A program made the position numbers and the translations under genes. Below, one piece after another: positions 59,423 to 64,000 of a DNA stretch of 64,000 nt. The stretch covers positions 480,001-544,000 of the forward strand of contig CAVSOU010000011.1 in NCBI GenBank assembly GCA_963729625.1, read 5' to 3'. Origin of the DNA: an uncultured bacterium. GTDB taxonomy: Bacteria; Chloroflexota; UBA5177; JANWHV01. The notes under the pieces were generated by a model. The model did not search any database. It was not told the origin of the DNA and was given only the letters and a program-made list of their open reading frames with translations. Within the stretch, counting starts at the first letter, position 1. Every line of letters starts with the position of its first letter.

Positions 59423-62342
59423 TCAGCTGCGCTTGAATGTCGCCATGCCCGCGGTCCAGCCGCCGGCTGCGCTCATGGTCATGGCGGCGGTTTGGGCACC
59501 ATTGGTTGCGGCGGTGACGTCCTCAAGGGCCACGGTTCCGTTGCTGCCGGTGGCCTGCACGTGCAGCGCGGCGGGCGTATTTCCGATACTTCCGGCTATT
59601 ATGCTGAGTGGGTTGCTGCCCGTGCCAAGTCCGGCCACCGCCAGCTCACCGTTGGCACTGGCCGTGCCGGCGATAGTCACGGCAGCGGTAGAGCCCTGAC
59701 TGCAGGCCGTGGCGTCCAGCGGACTGGCGCTTGCCACACCGGTGTACTCAGCCAGGCCGGCTCGAATCTGGCCGGTAACGGAGGCCGTGAGCGAGACGAT
59801 GGTCGCGCCCGGTCTGGCGTTGGCTACGTACCATATGGAGAGCACGCCGCAGTTGACGGCCTCGGTCCAGGGGCCGTTGAGGTTGTCGGTCACAGTTGTG
59901 CCGCTCTGGGTGCGGAAGAAGCCCACAAGCAGATCTCCGGCCGCGACGGGACTGGTGAAGCTCGTACCCAGGCTGGTGCCGCTGCCCAGCTGAGCCACTC
60001 CTTGCACGTAGGTAACGCGGGTTGCGGAGACGATCGAGGTCGCCGATGGCGGCGCAGCTATCGCGGTGCTGGTCGGCGGCACGGCTGTCGCGGTGCTGGT
60101 CGGCGGCATGGCTGTCGCGGTGCTGGTCGGCGGCACGGCTGTCGCGGTGCTGGTCGGCGGCACGGCTGTCGCGGTCTTGGTCGGCGGCACGGCTGTCGCG
60201 GTCTTGGTCGGCGGCACGGCTGTCGCGGTCTTGGTCGGCGGCACGGCTGTCGCGGTGCTTGGTCGGCGGCATGGCTGTCACGGTCTTGGTCGGCGGCACG
60301 GCTGTCGCGGTGCTGGTTGGCATAGCGGCCGAGCTCGCGCCACGTTTAAACGTGGCCATGCCCGCGGTCCAGCCACCGGCTACACTCATGGTCATGGCGG
60401 CGGTTTGAGCGCCATTGGTTGCGGTAGTGACGTCCTCAAGGGCCACGGTTCCGTTGCTGCCGGTAGCCTGCGCGCGCAGAGCGGCGGCCACGCTACCGAC
60501 AGTCCCGGCCGCGATGCTGAGCGGGTTGCTGCCCGTGCCAAGTCCGGCCACCGCCAGCTCACCGGCGGCACTGGCTGCGCCGGCGATGCTCACGACGGCG
60601 CTAGTGCCCTGACCGCAGGCCGCGACGTCCAGTGGACTGGCGCCGGCAACGCCGGAGTACTCGGCCAGGCCGGCTCGAACCTGGCCCGTCGTGGAGCCCG
60701 TGAGCGTGACCGTGGTCGCGCCCGGCTTGGCGTTGGCGACATACCATATGGAGACCACGCCGCAGTTGACAGCCTCGGTCCAGGGACCGTTCAGGTTGTC
60801 GGTCACAGCTGTGCCGCTCTGGGCGCGGAAGATGCCCACAAGCAGGTCACCGGCCGTTACGCGACTGCTGAGCTGTGTGGCCAGGGTGGTGCCGATGCCA
60901 AGCTGAGCGCCACCTTGCACGTAGCTACTGCGGCCCGCTGACACTATTGGCGTCGCCGTCGGCGGCACGGCTGTCGCGGTACTGGTCGGCGGCACGGCTG
61001 TCGCGGGACTGGCGTATTGTGGCGGGACAGGCGTATTGGTCGGCAGGACCGGCGTATTGGTCGGTGGGACCGGCGTATTGGTCGGTGGGACCGGCGTATT
61101 GGTCGGTGGGACCGGCGTATTGGTCGGCGGGATGGTCGTACTGCTTGGTGGCACAGACGTGCTGGTCGCCGTGGCAGCCGGCGGTGTCTGTGTTTCACCG
61201 GACATCGCGGCAAACCACTTGGCCACAATCTGCCCGGCTGGCGTCATCTGCCCCGTGTTGTAGTCGACCGCGGCGGACTGCGCGCCGTTGCCCTGCCCGG
61301 TCTCATACCAGTATTCAAATCCGCCGACGTAGGGCTGCTGCGCCAGGTATGCCAGGTACTGGTCGGTGGTGTTCGCTACCATCTGCGGCGTGTTGTCGGC
61401 ACCGTTAACGTCGCCCCACTCCAGGGTTATGGGCAGGCTCGGTACGGCGTTGTGGCTGTTCACGATGCCGCTCGTCCAGCTGGCGTAGCTCTGGGCGAAG
61501 TGGTCCATGTTGTATTCGCCGGCGTGCTGCCAGGTGGCCGCCGGCGCGTACGTGTACGTGTCGGCGGCAACGCCGAACCAACCCGAGCTGACTTGCTTGC
61601 CGATCTTCTGGAAGGCGGCCTGATCGGCCTGCCCGAAGTCGCTGAGCCAGCGGTTGAAGCTGGGCACGTCGGGGAACTGGCAAATGCCGTTGGGGCAGTT
61701 ATTGGCGCTGGTGCCGTAGCAGCTGCCGTAGCCTCCTTGGGCCGCGCAATTGGCGATGCCGTTGTTCTGCGGCTCGCCGAAAGGCTCGAAGATGTCCCCG
61801 TCCTGAAAGACGTCGGCATGGTTCAGAATCCACTGGTAGGTCATGCCCATATAAGATGTGGTGTCCTGGCCGGAGAGGACCGCCTGCAGCCCGCCGCTGC
61901 CCTCGTAGGGAATGGCGGGACTGGTGCTGTAGGAGAGCTTGCTCATGCCATAATCGCCGGCCCATTTGTTCCAGTTGCCACGGTAGATGACGTGGAGGCC
62001 GGCGGCGTGCATGGTAGCGGCCCAGGCCTTCATATAGCCGTAAGGAGAGAGAGGCTTGGGCGTGCAGGTGTATCCGGAGGCGTCGTCGAGGGGCACATCG
62101 TCGGAGGCGAAGTTGGCGTGGAATTGGGGAATATAGCTGACCAGTCGGGTCATGGTTGCCTGGCTTGCCTGGTTGCAGACCGTATCGTGGGTCATGGCCG
62201 TCATGCCCATGTCGCGCACCGACCAGCTTCCGGTTGTGGCCGCGCGGGCGTGCGACGGCTGAGATAGTGTGGCGGGCAGCACCACGGAGGACGGGACGCT
62301 CAAGGCCACCGTCAGTAGCATCAGCGAGACTGACTTGATCAA
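59423..62342 (-). CDS. Secreted modular protein: putative clan GH-A hydrolase-like domain, Pro/Thr linkers and two duplicated beta domains; one-base frameshift near 60257-60260
   Basis: Signal peptide with AAGGAG RBS before TTG 62342; FEPFGEPQN and PITLEWG resemble acid/base and nucleophile Glu contexts; ORFs 59748..62363 and 59423..60244 join if one extra base in the repeat is removed. Confidence 0.7.
60048..60320 (-). repeat. 27-bp tandem coding repeat (PPT[K/S]TATAV, about 9-10 copies)
   Basis: Unit GGTCGGCGGCACGGCTGTCGCGGT[GCT/CTT]; one unit has the hybrid GCTT. Confidence 0.85.
61021..61130 (-). repeat. 21-bp tandem coding repeat (PPTNTPV, about 5 copies)
   Basis: Unit GGTGGGACCGGCGTATTGGTC. 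Confidence 0.85.
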
Positions 62343-62391
62343 GACTCTCACTCCTTGTCCCACGGAGCGCGAGTCATGCCTGGATTGACCA

Positions 62392-62470
62392 CCGTTTCGG
62401 CAACCTGGCTGGCTCAGAGAGCTCCATGGCTTTGCGCCCCCGCCTCACGACGGGTTTGCCCTTGTCGACC
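62392..62470 (-). promoter_or_regulatory. c-di-GMP-I (GEMM) riboswitch
   Basis: Minus strand GGTCGACAAGGGCAAACCCGTC-GTGA-GGCGGGGGCGCAAAGCCATGGAGCTCTCTGAGCCAGCCAGGTTGCCGAA follows the GGCAAACC...GNRA...GCAAAGC...GGUUGCCGA pattern; lies in the 5' UTR of the secreted protein gene. Confidence 0.85.
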
Positions 62471-62981
62471 TGAATCCGAGGCATATTGGCGGCCGGGTAG
62501 CCCTCATGTGAAGGTCGCCCGGCAGTCACGTGCCTGCCTCGCCTTGGTGATAGATGCCCTACCCCCATGGATGTTGCGTGCAACAACAGCACTATAGAGT
62601 CCACTGGCCGGCGCGGCAAGGACCCACTTGTCCTATGTGCACCTGGTGAGCCCCTGCCGAAGCCTACAGCAGCACTGCCGCGCACCGTAGGAAGCAGCCT
62701 GTTCAGCACGGGCTTCTATTCCATTGGGTGCGAATTCGTATACCGGATGGGTGTTTCGCCTTGATTCGCCCGCCGACTACGATAGGTACGATCGGCGAGG
62801 TGCGGAGCATCGCGCGGTCAAACAGTCGCGGCTGCTATCGGCGAACGCCGCATATGGTGCATTGCGTACACCTTCGTCTCCGAATACGCGCTCTTCTTTG
62901 CTTCGTCAAGGATCGCGCGATCTTGCGCGTGGCTTGTGACGCGATCGGCGACGACCACCGCGAGTAGTGATTGAGTGAGTA

Positions 62982-64000
62982 ATGAGTGCGGTAGCCACTG
63001 CAGTCCTGGGAGCACGCGGGGTTCCAGCATCCGCCGTCGTGCGTCGCGAGGTGGCGCACGCGCAGGGCGGTGTCTGGGATCGGTCGGCGTTGCTGGCAGC
63101 CATGCTGGCGGCCCTCGCCGGCACAATCGCGCTGGTGTGGTCGTTCAGGAGCGACTGGATCCTCATATACAGCGACGCCATCTCGCATCTGAATATTGCC
63201 CGCCGCGTGCTCGACAATCGCACGCCCGGTATAGCGCAACTCGGCACCGTGTGGCTGCCGCTGCCTCACGTGCTGATGCAACCGTTCGTCGCCAATTCCA
63301 CTCTCTGGGGCGACGGCCTTGCTGGCAGCTTCGTGGGATTGCCGTGTTTCGTCGTCGCGGCGACGATGGTGTTCCAGACCACCAGGCTGGTTGTGCAGCG
63401 CGAGGCTGCCGCGTGGGTGGCGTTACTGGTGTTCATCACCAATCCTAACGTCCTGTACCTGCAGACTACCGCGCTGACCGAACCTGTGCTACTGATGACG
63501 CTCACAACCTCGACCTACTATCTCGTGCGCTGGAGCCGGATGGAATCCAACGCTGACTTGGTCAAGGCGGCGTTCTTCGCCTCGCTCGCCGTCGGAAGCC
63601 GGTATGACGGCTGGTTCTTTTCCATTGCCTGCGGCGGGCTTGTGCTGTTCAGCACGCACCTTCGGTGGCGCGACGTGGATCGGACCGAAGGCACGACGCT
63701 CGCGTACCTGACGCTGCCGGTATTCGCCATGGGCTGCTGGGTGTTCTATAACTGGCTCATTTTCGGCGATCCGCTGGCATTCCAACATGGTAGGTACTCT
63801 GCTGCCTACCAGCAGAGCCAGTACGCCGCGGCAGGGTTGCTGCCCACCAAAGGGCACCTGTTGGTCGCCCTCCAGGCGTACAGCGGTGCCGTCCTCCTCG
63901 ATTTGGGCAGCATCGTTACCGTGCTCGGTGCGACTGGGCTGATCATCTACATCGCCCAGAACAGGCTGCGGCCACAGTCGTTCGCTATTTACTCATACCT
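62982..64000 (+). CDS. GT-C (family 39/PMT/ArnT-like) membrane glycosyltransferase, truncated by the window end
   Basis: Open frame from ATG 62982 with no stop, so absent from the ORF track: YSDAISHLNIARRVLDNRTPGIAQLGTVWLPLPH...NPNVLYLQTTALTEP...SRYDGW...YNWLIFGDPLAF; many TM segments. Confidence 0.8.
   Translation, partial: MSAVATAVLGARGVPASAVVRREVAHAQGGVWDRSALLAAMLAALAGTIALVWSFRSDWILIYSDAISHLNIARRVLDNRTPGIAQLGTVWLPLPHVLMQPFVANSTLWGDGLAGSFVGLPCFVVAATMVFQTTRLVVQREAAAWVALLVFITNPNVLYLQTTALTEPVLLMTLTTSTYYLVRWSRMESNADLVKAAFFASLAVGSRYDGWFFSIACGGLVLFSTHLRWRDVDRTEGTTLAYLTLPVFAMGCWVFYNWLIFGDPLAFQHGRYSAAYQQSQYAAAGLLPTKGHLLVALQAYSGAVLLDLGSIVTVLGATGLIIYIAQNRLRPQSFAIYSY

Noticed and set aside
60048-61130. 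27-bp and 21-bp repeats as CRISPR or iterons
   Set aside because: They encode Pro/Thr linkers within a CDS and have no spacers.

Overview
GC-rich bacterial window. Gene content and the Pro/Thr linkers suggest a monoderm such as a Chloroflexota member, but that is inference only. It holds about 40 CDSs; no rRNA, tRNA or CRISPR array was seen. Housekeeping genes include a fused mannose-1-P guanylyltransferase/phosphomannomutase, a GT4, nudC, an M24 peptidase, Hsp20, an amidase, tag and a sugar/polyol catabolic cluster. Highlights: (1) a MacAB/YknXYZ-like ABC operon with a 1598-aa membrane-fusion protein whose helical hairpin is about 1280 aa, built from 24 + 24 mirror-registered 26-aa units, with no TolC nearby and a four-unit Pho-box-like promoter; (2) a phd-vapC locus whose toxin is split by a ~9-kb cassette carrying an XRE-HTH/TIR/STAND/TM/14xWD40 NLR-like gene and divergent secreted paralogs, with an IS3 nested in the NLR-like gene; (3) a tandem dynamin-like pair followed by two perfect non-canonical 16-bp palindromes and a parAB operon; (4) a c-di-GMP-I riboswitch upstream of a secreted glycoside-hydrolase-like protein with a frameshift inside a tandem repeat, divergent from a GT-C glycosyltransferase.
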